Shown piece after piece: positions 14,239 through 28,700 of a DNA stretch of 64,000 nt (the stretch's first letter is position 1; the number at the start of each line of letters is the position of its first letter). The position numbers and the translations under genes are program-made. The notes under the pieces are model-generated. The model was given only the letters and a program-made list of their open reading frames with translations. It searched no databases and was not told where the DNA came from. The DNA is from Octopus vulgaris (Eukaryota): NCBI GenBank assembly GCA_951406725.2, contig OX597825.1:40362001-40426000 (forward strand), written 5' to 3'.

Positions 14239-14787
14239 GAACTGTTGCTGCTCATGTATTTTAATTTAACTGATGAATGCTGGTGGGTATATCAGCTGAA
14301 AAGTTGTGTTAACAACAAACAAGATGGGGACAAATACCCGTCAAATGTAAATAATATAAATAAGGCACATACTTCCTTATCTCCTAAATATAGAACTGTA
14401 GTTACTATTTTTCGACTAAGGGTAGTGCTCCAGTATGGCTGCAGTCGAATGACTGAACCAAGTAAAAGAATAAAATAATAAACCTATTTATCTAGGCATT
14501 TAAGTAAGCTGATGCTCGTATAATCGAAATCGTCAAATTTCTCGAAGTATTGTATAGACAACCGCTATTCCTCATTTAAATTCATGAACTGTTATAGTCA
14601 CCTTTTCATATTTTGTGAGGAAGCCTGTACACTAATTCATTAAAACTATCCAAATTCCATATTTGTAGAGCCCAGATATTTAAATCACAAGGAATTCAAT
14701 TACGTTTTATATCTATATCATATAAATGGGTTTTGCATCTTCCATACCATACTTCTGCTGACAGAACTATCTACAAAGCAGCTTTAT

Positions 14788-14867
<80 letters not shown>

Positions 14868-16557
14868 GTGTTTACGTACCTTGTTATAGAAAGCGGACAT
14901 ATTGCCATTTTTAATGTTTTACTCTCGTGTTACGTTATGACTACTAGTGCGGAAACGGCTTAATCAAATTTGAACATTTCGCGATATTTGGGAACTCTAT
15001 TGCATTACAGTGGTCCTTAATTTAATTGTTAAAATGTTTATTATATTCTAGGCATAGGCATCTATCATTGATATCAACGATATTGGTACTGTACATTACT
15101 CTGAGACATTCAGTTATAACGCTAGATATTCTGTAATCTAATCCCATAAATACCGATTGTGGATTCTATCCTCGTTCAATAAAGTAAGGGCCACTGCGGA
15201 GTTGTCTCCCAAATGGTTTGGACGTATAGTTTGTCATTATTGTTATCATGTTTGGTGTACAAATACTATTGCTTACGTTTCAGTTAATACTACTGTTTCG
15301 TGATCAAGATTTCGATGAATCGTCTCACATCTTTTATCGTGTCTACTTGAACGGAAACTGGAAAATTAAAATCAGGGAACTTTCCAAGGCATTATGAAGG
15401 ATGACGTTTGTATGAGGGATCATGTTAACCATTCAGAATGTCCATGCGAAATATCAGTCATATAAATTTCATTATATTTACGAAAATGCAAAGAAGGTAT
15501 TATATTATTATATTCCTCATAATACACCCAATTTTTTGTGTGCTAGATGAAATCTTCCTAACAGTCATAGTGTCTAGATTCGGTTGTATGCTTATCTGAG
15601 AAATTGTAATCTAATTAATCAATACCACACAGCATTGCGTTTTTATTTGTTGGAAAAACTGCTAGTGACTTATAATATAATATTCATTTTAGAAGGCACA
15701 AATATTATGTCTTTAAAGAAAACAATCAAACTGTTGCATAGGAGTTAATATTTGTGAATGCTTTACGAGATCTATATTTTTTCAAGGTCTATAATCATCT
15801 TTGCTAATTAAATTTATTGTGTGTTCTCTTACATTTTTATTTGCATTTCCGATATCTAACTAAGCAATTAGATGTATAAATTAAAGCCAAAGAAGTGTGT
15901 ATCAATATTTGATGTTAAAAGGTAAGAGAAAGGAATAAGTAAGATACTGTAACTCTGCATAATTTCAGTCCATCCTGAATAAAAAGATGAATATAAGTAA
16001 TTGTCTGTACTTAATCAATTAATTAAACACTGTATTATATTATATTGAGATGTTTTTAAGCTTCATTCCATTGAATTGTGAAATATGTTATGTATATCTT
16101 TTCTAAAACTCAATTCCATCAGGGAAAATACTTTTAATTAATTTTTACTGATCTTTTTACGTTCCGTTGACTGAATCACGAAAACATAATTACGAAAACA
16201 TAATTTTATGAAGTGGTTAATTAATATTATTTGCTTATGTTTTCTTTGGAACAGAGCCATACATTTAACAATAAAAAGAAATAGAGATATATGAAAATTT
16301 TAAAAAATCAATCAAAACTATTATAAGATTATATATAGCTGCCATATATAACGAATATTTTATAAATATATGAAGCAGAACATCTCTTGACTAATAATTA
16401 TTACAACAAGAAATTGTAATTGGATTGCCAGTCTCGATGGAGCACAGGGAAATAAATGTGATATTTGCTGTGAAATTTTATGATCGTAATTCAACTGAAA
16501 TTGTAAGTACCACTCATTCCGAGACGTACATAGACATATCCTTTTGTGGACAATAGC

Positions 16558-17355
16558 TTAAAGGGCATAACTCCAGATTTCTACACACCACCGAATTTCA
16601 ATGATCATGACTTTTAGAGAAATGTATATTACTTTTTAACAACATTTCTTCCAATATGTGTTATATCATCTAGATTCCGAATACAGGACATTTTTTAGTG
16701 GGGGAGTGTCTTAGGAGGGGTAGTTGGGAAATTTCGGAAAATTCAATGGAGTCCATTTCAATTCGTCTTAACTTTCAAGAAAATGGATATTTTTTTAATG
16801 AAAGCCTCTACAAATATACTTCAGACTATGTAGATTCCGAGGATATGGGAATTGGTGGGGACAATTGGGGGTTATTTCCGAGAATTGTTACCCACTCGGA
16901 GGGGTCGGGTCCGAACAAGTCTTCTGTATTTGCTTCATTTTCTCCGTTTTGTGTGTTTGTGCATCCGTACATTTCTACTGGCGCAATAACCAGTCAACGA
17001 CGGCAAATGACTCCCTCACCCGTTATGCTAAAGTTAACAGCTGGTACGTGGAAATATGTTATTAAGATGACTTATCTGTTACATACAATTATTTTTTTCG
17101 CTTCAAGTAAAGTTCTAGATAAACGTTTCTTATAGAAAGGCAGAAGACACAAGAAGCAAAAATAAGGAATATACACGCACAGTTAAATATCGAAGTGTAG
17201 AGTATAATTTGTTACATACTCTTTAAAATAAACACTATATTGAATGGAATAATTCCCCGTTTGAATGTCTTTAAATTACATGTGCGTTTATGGGCGTGTG
17301 TATGTGCGTTGTGTGAGCGTTGTGTGTATGGTTGTGTGTGTGAGTGTGTGTGTGT

Positions 17356-17399
<44 letters not shown>

Positions 17400-17832
17400 T
17401 AGAAATCTACGGATGCACAAACGTACAAAACAGAAAAAAATGAAACAAATATGAACAACATGTTCCGAAACACCGGTACTCAAAAAGTGGGAAACGGTTC
17501 TCAGAAATAAACCTCAATTGTTTCCCTCCTCCACATCCCTATGTTCTCGGAATTTTACATAGTGTTAGGTATATTTGTAGAGAATTTCATTTAAAAATAT
17601 CCATTTTCTTGAAAGTTAACGCGAACTGAAATGGACTCCGGTAAAGTTTCAGAAATTCCTCAACTCCACCCTTCCTAAAACACTTTCCCCGAAACGTTTT
17701 GTACATTCAGAATCTACATGATATATCACATGTTGGTAGAAAATTTCATTAAACAATATCCATTTTTCCTGAAAGTTATGATCATCCAAATTCACGAGTG
17801 GACTGTAAAAATATGGTGTTATGCCGCATAAA
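16558..17832. mobile_element. Non-autonomous DNA transposon/MITE with ~335 bp TIRs (TTAA|AGGG end, Kolobok-like)
   Basis: 16562-16895 is the diverged reverse complement of ~17486-17830 (e.g. ttaactttcaagaaaatggatatttt / aaaatatccattttcttgaaagttaa). Left end is TTAA-AGGGCATAAC; right end is GTTATGCCGCATAA. Confidence 0.8.
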
Positions 17833-18644
17833 GTATCAATTAAGTACTAATTTCAATGCTATCAACTAGACCCTCCACTCAATAGAAAATAGTGGCCCTT
17901 CTTCGAGATATTTACCTTCTTAGTTGAAATTAAGCCGAGGTTGACTTGCCTTTCGTCATTTTGTGATTGATAATAATATTGCAGAATATTACGGAGATCG
18001 ATGTAATAGACTAACTGCCCACTCTAAAATTGTAGGCCTTGTGCTAAAATGTCACACCATTATTATTGCTGCTATTTGTTGTCTTGTTTTCAATTTTCAT
18101 CGGCTTAAGGACATTTATGTTATCTATAATATTCTGTTTCTTTACCTGTGATTTAAAAAGTGTATAGTGAAATTTCTTATTAACTCACCAGAATTATGAG
18201 GAGGTGACCAGCTGCACTTGTTTTGGTTCTTCGTTGCTATATTTTTTAAATTGTTATCGAGCCTAACTAATATTTTAAAACAAATACAAGCATGCCGCAA
18301 ACTAGAAGGATTTGTTATCCGTTGGAACAGCGAGAATAGGGATATCGCACAGATTATTTTCACTACTCAAATTGTGAACCAAAATCTAGCCATAGTAACA
18401 GTAGCAGCACAAGCTACAACAACATATCACACAAACAAAATACCAAAAGTATCAGAAACTGTCAAATATTTTATTCACTGATACTATATGGTAATAACGG
18501 TAATATCATCTGCAGCAAAAATTGTAAAAAGTGAAAAAGAAGAGCGGGTGACATTTAAAACACCCCTATTTCCTCCGCAAGTCCCACGACCAAAGAAAAG
18601 AACAGAGTAAAAATAAGTCAACAATAACAACTCGCAATATTTTT

Positions 18645-18885
18645 TTTTTGTACTTGTTTCAGTCATTTGACTGCGGCCATGCTGGAGCACATCCTTTAGA
18701 GTGGTGAAAGAGTACAGCAGGGATCACCACCATCCCCTGCCGGAGATCCGTGGAGCTTTTAGGTGTTTTCGCTCAATAAACACACACAACGCCCGGTCTG
18801 GGAATCGAAACCGAGATCCTCCGACCGCAAGTCCGCTGTCCTAACCACTGGGCCATTGCGCCTCCACATGGCCATTGCGCCTCCA
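18645..18885 (-). mobile_element. tRNA-derived SINE (short body) plus adjacent family-A tail fragment
   Basis: Reverse complement TGGAGGCGCAATGGCCCAGTGGTTAGG...GGTTTCGATTCCC has clear A and B boxes. The 16-bp head GGCCATTGCGCCTCCA is duplicated. 18650-18690 matches the SINE-A tail. Confidence 0.8.
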
Positions 18886-21789
18886 TATGATAAGATTAAC
18901 AGCAAAATCCTTACGCAAACCAACATGACAGACACGAGCACCCAGACATCAGAAGCGTTAACATTTACGCCGATAAAAACGCCTTTATAGCGTTTAAAAA
19001 CCAATGGTTTTGCTGATGCGGGTCGAGGCGAGAATGAATTTTTTATCACCACAAAATTTCAAAGATGACAACAAATTCCTTCGTAATATTGTCATCTTCG
19101 TAATGAAGTGGTGATTGGAGGAATTTAAAAGATAACCATTCTTAAATGTTCCACAATTTATCTAAGATGACACACGCAGAAATATATAAAGGCATCTGAA
19201 TGCAGTTCAAGCAATGTAACATGCGAGACAAATCAACTGGTTAGATATACAGAAAATTTAATGTTGGAACCACCCTAAATTAATCGGAAATGGTAAGCTG
19301 ATAGATTTATATGCATCAGAAGTGAAAGCAATAACAACGAAGTGGCATCACTGACGAACCATTAAGGACGAGGCGTTTTGAGTCCTCGAACAAGATAAAG
19401 TACTGCATTACCAAATTAGCTAAGCACATGTTGATGGGGGCAATTGCTAACAGGAAATAGTGGTTCCTATTCAAGGTACGGTCACATTAAATTCGAGAAG
19501 TTTTAGGAAGAAAATAGCCATAATACAATCTAGATAAAGAATAACAACATATTTAAGTGATGCTTAGGGAAGGCGTTACGACTGACGTCCTTACAGCTTA
19601 AGTTGCATCTGGACAAAGTCTCCAATGCAAGGTCTCCTAGGAAAGCTTTTCGATAAGCACGAATGGCAGACGCCAAAATTGGCATGAACGGCACCATTCG
19701 GTCTTTGACGGAAAGTAATGAGCACGTACTACTGGAATCTTAGTAAACATATGGATTTTTTCAGTGTCACTTTGCTCGTGTGCTCACGATAAGTGTAAGG
19801 CGGATGGCAAGATAGACTTCAATGCATACCATGATGGGCTACGGCAATTCTCGACTAAGGAGATGGAGTATTGCCCAAAGATGATAACAACCACTGAAAT
19901 ACAGAAATGGAGGTAAAATCGCTTGGTTTGAATGGTCTCCTTATCTTTATAAGATGGAATTGTTTGGCGACCTCTTGACAGATTTGTACCACATGTAGCA
20001 AAAGAATGGACGTCTATTTATATGAGGCAAGGTGTAGTATTGCTACTGAGAAATACTCTGAAGAAAGAGGACTGCAATGCTAATTTTCCTAAACACCGAT
20101 TTAAAGATTTTAGCAAAGATATGAGTGAAGATAACAGCGCTTGTCTTTGGTAATTTACTTAGTCATGCACAAACCTGCCCATCATGCACAGCTATATCCA
20201 AGATATCTCGACTTCATGAGGTACACAATATAGGTGTGTAGGGAACATGGCATGTGTAGATAGCCGATAAAATAAGTCTTTTCAAACATTTGGCCAGTGT
20301 CAAACATTAATTCATGATTACTGTCATTATTGAAGCCAGTTCCGATCCCATCTACAGAATCTAGTTTGCTGAAATGTACAGCGACACTGGATGCTGTTTG
20401 AATAGCTGCTCTCAAAGGGAATTTTTCTGTATTATGCACCGGATGTGTCAAATTTGTCTCCTTTCTAGTCTTGAGCCACCTTAGCGGTAACCAGCCACTT
20501 TGAGATGAATCCCGCACGAACTACGATGTGAAAGGTCTGAATGAGGGCATAGTTATAATAATCTCATTTTAAATTGTTATCGAAATTGATAATAATATTG
20601 CAGAATATTACGGAAATCGATGTAATAGTTATAATAATCTCATTTTAACTCTAAGCAAACTACCAAGAATATAATTACTATATGTAGATGATACTGCTCG
20701 AAATATGACGTAGAATGAATGCCCCTAACTCAAATATTTGCAAGTTGATATAATATAAAAATAGTAAAATATAGCTATCAGAAAAGTCATGATATGATAC
20801 TAGACCAGAAAATAACTAAGATAATTTCAAGGTGTATATATTGTGGGATATATTGTAGAAATGGTTAAAGAATATAGAAAGCATTTATATCCAGCGTAGA
20901 ACAAACAAATATTTTCAACATGATGCAAATTAAATTAAATACTACTATACAGCTACGAATTTATTACGTCGAAGAGTTTTAACAGAATAGAGATACAAAA
21001 CTTTAGAAAACATATCTCACATCCAAGAGTTATAGTACCTCGTACGATATACGGTATTGTGAAAGAAATCACGCAGTAGAAATAAGACTGCAGCAAAAAT
21101 GATAATCAGTCGAGTTAGTTGACATAATGTCTACGCGTAAACGAAACCATTTACATGAATGTATGGATGTATATATATGTGTGTGTGTGTGCGTGTGCTC
21201 GTGCGTGTAGGAGAATGAGACAGAGAGTGTGTGTGTGTGTGCTTTTATTCATTCATGATGGTGTACACAATACTTACACGCACACAGACAAATATACACA
21301 CACATCAGATGATCTTGATATATTGATATATATTGTTCATATGCCAGAGAATTGTGTAATGGATATATTCTAAATTCCCATTTCTCTCGAAATACTGTCA
21401 GAAGTTAAATTAAGAATCACTATTAAAGCTGTATTTATGTTTTGCTTTTTGATTGAGCTGCTGTATGGCAATATTCTGCTCAGACGAATGTTATTCGTAG
21501 TGTGTATGTTTAATAATATGCCATGATTGGAACATAAATGCCACGGTGAAGAATGAAAATCATAGATTCCACTATCATATTTATGTCGATGCATATATTA
21601 ATATATTCACTGAGTGAGCGAGAGAGTGAGAGAGAGAGAAAGAGAGGGTTACAGAGAAAGAATTAGAGAAAGAGTGTCAAAGAAAAAGATATAAACCTAG
21701 ACAGAAAATAGAATCGGTAAAATACTGGCAGATATTTATTCATCTTCTTTTACAAATTCAAATTTTATTGCCTGCACGTGTACTCGTTA

Positions 21790-22495
21790 TATGTCATGTG
21801 CCATCGCTGGCAATATCATAGTTCTACGGTGTACATGTGTGTATGAGTGAATTGAGAAGTCTAAATTTTCCCGGACAAGCATGAATCACGAAGAGGGAGC
21901 AGGACGCCGATTAGCTCCACCTCTAGCGTCAAGATTCCGTAAGCTCGAGAGTTAATTCTCCTAAAACGACTAGAGATCATCGATGAAGTGGCATGTTCTC
22001 TGCGAATTACTCATGATTCTGCATATGAATTCATCAACAGATTAAGCTTCCGTAAAAATTGTGCGAGAGGGTTGACCAAAGAGCTTAGCGCCTAACCGCA
22101 ATCGTGTGAGATCAGTCGACACTCACCCTACATCTACAACAGTGAAGGCGAGCCTTTTTTGGAGAGAATAATCAAAGAATATTAGATCTAGGTCCATCAC
22201 TTTCAGTCACAATATAGAATGGAGACAACTGAAATCGCCTACGAAAAAGAAATTCAAGAGTCAAAATTCCGCAGAAAACAAGGATACTGACTACCTTTTG
22301 ATATGCGACAGGGCTTATACATGGAAAAGAATTCTACAGTCACCAGTGTAGGCTGCTGGGAAATCTTGATCAATAAACTGAAACCAGCATTTCGAACAGA
22401 ACACTGAGGTCTTTTGTCAAATCATGTGCTGTTGGAGATAATGCACGCCCACATACGCCCACCCACACCGTGGAAATCATTGAAAAATTGGTTGT
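21790..22495 (+). mobile_element. Degraded mariner transposase fragment
   Basis: Broken motifs FLERII, VHHF, SPTKKKFKSQ and DNARPHT (22437-22457), typical of DD34D transposases. Confidence 0.75.
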
Positions 22496-22499
22496 CTGG

Positions 22500-25400
22500 A
22501 CTGTACGTAACTTACACCAGTAACGCGAAACCATTCTGGCAATCGTCTCTTTTGACGACTCAAGCATTTTTAAGATGTAACTAATTCCTCGTCGATCTAC
22601 TAAGGCAATACATGGTGGAAGATCGATAGAGACTTCATAATCCGAGCGTTCCAATGTGGACTTGTGATAATAACGACCGATCAATCAGGCCGTATATAGA
22701 TAGGATAAAGTTAATTCTATAGATAAGTCTACTTTTAGTTGTCCACAGTTCACCGTTACACCCTACACATATCGCAAATTAGTGACGTGCAAATGCACGT
22801 AAATAAAGTCCATAGAGGGGGATGTGGCTATTGGAAGTTGAAAAAATTGCTATTGAATTGCGACACTTACTGTAGCCTGATTAAGGAGTTAGTAATTAGG
22901 TCACTAATCGGCACTGTGATAAATACCCGGTGGTGGGGTGCCCTCAAAAGAGTCATTCGACTTGAGTCTTTTTTATTTAGCAAGCAGTTACGTCTAGAAC
23001 ATACTAGAGTAGAAGGAAATCTCGTTAAGGCGTTAGAACAGGTGCTGAGAATAGGTTCTGTACCCCAAGTTGGCGGCGAGATCGGCCTTGGATCGACACC
23101 TGAATACCAAAAACGAAGGATGCAGGATTGTGGCAAAAGAACTTGCACTGTGTCGCGAGGGTATCAAGGTTGCCGAGTGGGCTCGCTCGATAAGATCCCC
23201 ACATGGCATATAGGCTACGATAAGGTCTGTGGTAAATGAATATGGACAGGAGATCCAAGGAGATATGTTATGCATTTGGGGAGCACTTCACTGCATTGTT
23301 CGGGAGGGGTGGGGAGCTGGACCATGGGGATGCCCTTCGAAATTTCCTGGCTGATTGCCCGCGTCTCTCGGCTCGTGACACTGAGCGCTATGAAGGGCCA
23401 ATCGTAGCTGCGGAGGTTATAGAGGTACTTTCCGAGTGCCTCGGAGACAAGTCGCCGGGATTGGATGGTCTACCGTACGAATTTTGTAAAAGTATACAAG
23501 ACTTGTTCGGGAACATTCTGGCTAGTGTATACGCTAATTGGCAGCAGAATGAGATAATTCCCAAATCTGTGAGCCGGGGAGTAGTGTCACTGGTCCGGAA
23601 GGAACCGAACAATAGGGATAACTTAAATACTCTCCGGCCCAAATCTCTGGTAAACACAGCGATATTGATTTTGGCCAAAGTATTAGCCAAGTGAGTGAAG
23701 CTAGTCGTAGGCGACCTGGTGAGAGAGGCGAAGATATACCATCCCATGAAAGACTATACACGACAACCTTCACCACATTCGCTACAGCATAGATCCAGTG
23801 GATAAAGTTCTTGGCAATGGTGGGACACTGGGGAATTTAGACTAGTCTAAGGCATTCGATAGGGTTGACGATCGGTATCTGGCGGTGGTCCTCCGGGCGG
23901 TCAAAGTGGGCTCGACTTTCCGTGGCTGGATCGATGCCATGTATAGCAACATCGAATCAGTTGTCCGGGTAAACGGTTTCTTCACGAACCCGTTCGCGAT
24001 CGAGCGTTCAGTTCGCCAGGGCTGTCCCCTGTCCCCGCTCCTGTATGTAGTGGCTATTGAGCCACTGCTGTGGAGAGTGGGAAGACCTGCGTGATGTATG
24101 TTACGGTAGAGGAGAGACGGCATATGTTGATGATGTCACCATCATCGTGTGTGATGAAGGGCAGCTACCTCGTGTAGAAGACAGCATCAAAGGATACGAA
24201 GCAGTGGCAGGGGCAAACAGGATAAATTAGTCAGCTTGCAACTTGATACTAGTCGGGGCAAGTCGATGCTTCCCAACAGCGTCGTCGGACGCTGGAATGA
24301 GGGCCCGGTTAAATTGCTCGGAGTCTAGTTTGGACCAGATCTCCAGGTGGAGAAAAACTGGAGTGAGGTTGCGAGGAAAGTGACGGCTATAACCCAGACC
24401 TGGTCTGGGAGGACGCTATCCTTGCTAGGGAGGGCCGAAGTTGAACAGGTGTTTATAGCTTCTGTGATAAACTGTCGCCTAACCCTCGTGTCTTGCCCGG
24501 TGTGTGCTTGGCCAAGTTGGAACGGATCCTATTCCGCTTTTTGTGGAAGGGGAAAACACTATTTTTGAGGCGCTTCATCTACTGCCAGAAACCGTTAAAG
24601 GGAGAGATAGGTATGCCTTGTCTTATGAAGCGCAAGTATGCGCTGAGCCTGAGACATCTCTAGCGCTACCTGGATGGGGAACAGGTGTGGTCACGCATGC
24701 AAAGTTCCTTTTTCCACAATTGACATCCCTACGGGACATAGGCGCGTGGGACAAGCGGAGACCTAGAATTGGAGAGTGGCAGAAGGAGTGCAGACAAGCA
24801 CTCACTCTTTTCTCCCGAGCGAACAGTACCGGCAGCGGTGCTACCACTGTGAATTTTTAGAGAGGTTTGGTAGAGTATGAATTAGACGACGTCCTGTGGG
24901 AGGCTCTATGCTTCGATGAGGAACAGCTAACCAGCCTGTTTGAAAGGACATCCGGGCCAAAGTATCTGGATAACTTCCAGAAATCACGTGCTTGTTTGCG
25001 CTACTGATCGACCTTGCCGGTTCGTGAGAGGTTATTAGGACACGGGTTTGACACCTGCCCCACATTCGTACATTGTAAGGAGCTGAGGGAACTGCTGACC
25101 TATGTCGAACAACTGGTGTTGGAGACGGAAAGAGTACGGTTCTCGACTGATTACATAATTACGATTGTAGCGCCTTCCTTTTTAAACAAAGAAAAGAAGG
25201 TGTCCTCTTTCTGTGTAGTAGCCATACTGAAAGACACATTATGGACGAGGCGTGCAAGGAGAATTGAAACAGGCAACTTTATCGCTGGACGCGGGCAGGT
25301 GAGTTATTGTAACTACCACCGGTTTTGTAAGATCCGTCGGGAGAAAAAGTGCCTGTACCAAGGAATGTTCACGAAAATATAGATGACTGTTGTAAAGATG

Positions 25401-25707
25401 CTGAGAGTAAATGGAACAGTGCTAGTATAGTCGGTCAAGGTGGAAAGAAGGAGAAACGTACGAACAATACGGAGGAAAAGAAAAAAAAGGGAATTTAAAG
25501 GGGCAAAAAAGAGAAAACCGGTGGGTTAAATAAAAAAACCCCAAAGTTTATATTTTTATTATAGTCATCGAATGTTTAAAATTTCATTCGATTTCATTGT
25601 GCCATATTAATCATTTTGTATCATCTTTGTAACTCCGCCCCTTTCTTGTATCTGTCCTTGTTTGTCCCCTCTATGTATGCCCCTATAGGCAATAAAGAAA
25701 TACAATC
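22500..25707 (+). mobile_element. 5'-truncated, degenerate Tx1/L1-like LINE (APE C-terminus + RT + 3' UTR)
   Basis: PMWT...YIDRI and GYWKL (end of APE), KSPGLDGLPYEF, SKAFDRVD, SVRQGCPLSPLLY, YVDDVT (~24122), LSLLGRAEV. A-rich 3' UTR ends AATAAAGAAATACAATC. Confidence 0.88.
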
Positions 25708-28700
25708 AGTGAAGTAACACCTTTCGGACCAGTCCCGCAGAGACGACGAAACACGTCGTGATAATGGGACATATCATAACCCGTGCCCAATATTTCTATA
25801 GGGTGATCCTTCCACCAGTTTAAATTACATGCGCTGCAGTTTTTTGAAATTCCAGTTATACGATCCAAGTATTATATTCAGTAGTAAGACCTAAATCATA
25901 AGTAATCTCCGACATTACATTATTTATCATATAAGCGTGTATTTTCTGGAAATTTACTAACAATTTTTGAAATGTGCGAAGAACTATGTCCGTAAAATAT
26001 GTTTATCAAATTTCTAAAAACAACACAAAATATTTTACAGACACATTGAAATAATAGTCTACATGTTTCATTTTATGCAGAAAAATCTACTTCTGTTAAT
26101 AGTTCATAATGGAAAACCTAATTTTATTAAGGTGGCTGTATTATTTAGAAGTGATAATCAACTGACATGAAGGTATTTCTTTTAAAAAATGGAAATACTA
26201 AGCCACTGTAATTGAATATGTTACAATACTGCAAGCTGTCAGTATGAATTACATGCTTCGAAAAACATCCATTGTTGAAAATGAAGCTATGTCAAGGAAA
26301 AGGAAAACAAAGATGCATCAGCGTGAAGGAGAAACCAAAAAATTCCAATTTTCAAAATAAATTGAATAACAAGTGAGTTAAGCTGGAAATTGATATACAT
26401 AAAAGTTTGCATGAGGAAATATACACGACTTGAATGTAAAATAGTTTCTCAACTACCAAGAGTATTTGAAACGACACGCACATAAATAGGTGCATACCAA
26501 AAAATCGTCTCGTACAATCAGTACAACCGCTTGTACTGAAACACAAACACAAACACATATTGTTATGACACATTTGTCCTATATGGATCAGTGGCCGTGT
26601 GATCTTATATGAAATCTGGGAAATATTTCATTATAAATTGATAAGAATGTATTTACTAGAACTTTTGTAAATATGGTATGTGTGTAGCTAATGATAACAA
26701 GGATATCACATATACCTCCAATGTATTCTTTTATCTTAGTAACGTTAAAAAGAAATAATTGATACTGGAGCATGGCAGAAACTATTTGGGAGTGAAACGG
26801 AAAGAATATTGGACGTCTAATTCTCTGCACATAACTGAATATATCGAAAGGGAATTACATTGCTACACTCCAGTGATTGTTTTGATTTAATTTGCTTTTG
26901 GCATTTCAGATTGCATCATTCTTGTAAATGGGATCTCTTAGATATATTGTAATTTTCATTCAGGACATGAATTCATTTTATACAAGAAAATATCAACAAG
27001 ATACCAATAACAACTTAGGTTATTAAATTTTAAAAAAAATTTAATATTAGTACAAAGCTACAGAAGTGAATCATGAACTATTGAAAGGTTCACGAGCCAT
27101 ATCCGAAACGAATGTATTGATCTGGGAGCGATTAAAATCAAACTTTCCATAACACGATAAAATAAGACAGTAAAATGTCACATTGCATGGTATTTACGCC
27201 TTCTATTTTTAATTAATTAATGCACAAACAAAATATTTTTACATACTTTTTAAGTCATGAGCCTATATATTCTTATTGGGGTGCGTAGACAGTGAAATCA
27301 ATTGCCATACTTGACTATTTTATCACCTGCATGGAATAGTAATTCTCTAAAGTTGAACTTAGATTTAAATACAGAATTAAATAATGTTATATATTATGTA
27401 CTCGTCCCATTCTTGTTATATAGGTGTGAATTGAAAGCAAAGCATTGCACATTGGGATATTCTCATAACTGAATACGTAATCGAATGTGTTACAAATATC
27501 TAATTCAGTGACTCAAATATTCAGTATGATTGGGGATATCCAGGCATTTGGTTTCTCTGAGAGTGTTGAATTTATCAAAATTTTGTACGATATATTCAGT
27601 AAGAAGAAATTTGGAATGCATACAAAATTCTCAGTCACAAGATACTCGGATTTCAGTCATTTTGTTTCTAAGGAAAGAATATGTTGCTAATATTAATCTT
27701 CTCCAGTGAAATAAAATAAGAGCTACCTAATAGTTAGAGATCGAGAGAATACCATTCCGTAGATTCCTATTGCTGATATAACTATTGAGATATTTGAACC
27801 TTCAAAACTGCATTAACTGAATGCAATTAGAACCAGTATTTGATTGAGAATCATGTCAACATAATGCGTAATATATACTAAATAGAAATTATTATATATT
27901 TTCTCATCGTTCGGGATCAATCCTCCCAATAATCACCTGCAATTGGACTCTGCCGAAATTATTCATGTATGTACTATCCAAAAACTTACGATAAAAATAC
28001 TGACAGTGACTAGTTTCACATAAACAATGAAAAAGGTACACACCTGTGCATACTTACACATGCACATAATCATCACATTCCGATGCCCGACTGATTAAGA
28101 TATATGCTTCGCAATCACGTGATAGATAGCTCGTTTACAGTTTTTACGTCATGTCATACCAATAGTAGCGAATAGTACAAAAGGTTCTTCAAAGTGTGAC
28201 TTTGTAGAACCGATAGTACGTCGAACAAAATGCTTAGTATCATTTATTTCTTCTCCTTACATTCTAAGTTCAAATTACACCAATGTCAACTTTGAATTTC
28301 ATCATTAGGGGGTCAAATAAAATAATTATTAACATGTGCAATCTACTCTAGTCAATGGCACATATGAATGCTAGGTGTTGAAATATCTTTATACAAAGAA
28401 ATAAAACGGCACGATCACTTAACCACATTTCGTAACGCTAAGGCAAGATACGAGGTTGAAATAAACTCCTTCGTTGTGAAGATATATTCTCTCAGATACA
28501 AAATTTGAAGCACAATGGATCAACGCGATTACTGCATATTGACACTTCTGTATTTTACCTAGAAGGATAAGCTTTGAATCTAACAATAAAAAGATATTTC
28601 CCGATCCTATAATATGTATACTTTCTAATATGTCTATATTTTTGAATGTGTTTGTGTAAATGTGTATTTCAAAGAATACAGTGAGTAAAAACTCGTAGAT

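Noticed and set aside
18187-18262. Possible minus-strand exon (AG...LDNNLKNIATKNQNKCSWSPPHNS...GTGAGT)
   Set aside because: Weak acceptor, no partner exons and no recognisable domain.
18790-18870. tRNA-like sequence with A and B boxes
   Set aside because: It is a SINE head continuing into the SINE body, with no complete cloverleaf or acceptor stem. The same applies to the other SINE heads.
19240-20130. Hints of a Tc1-type transposase relic (EW-SP-like segment near 19930)
   Set aside because: Too degraded: no TIRs or ordered catalytic motifs could be confirmed by eye.
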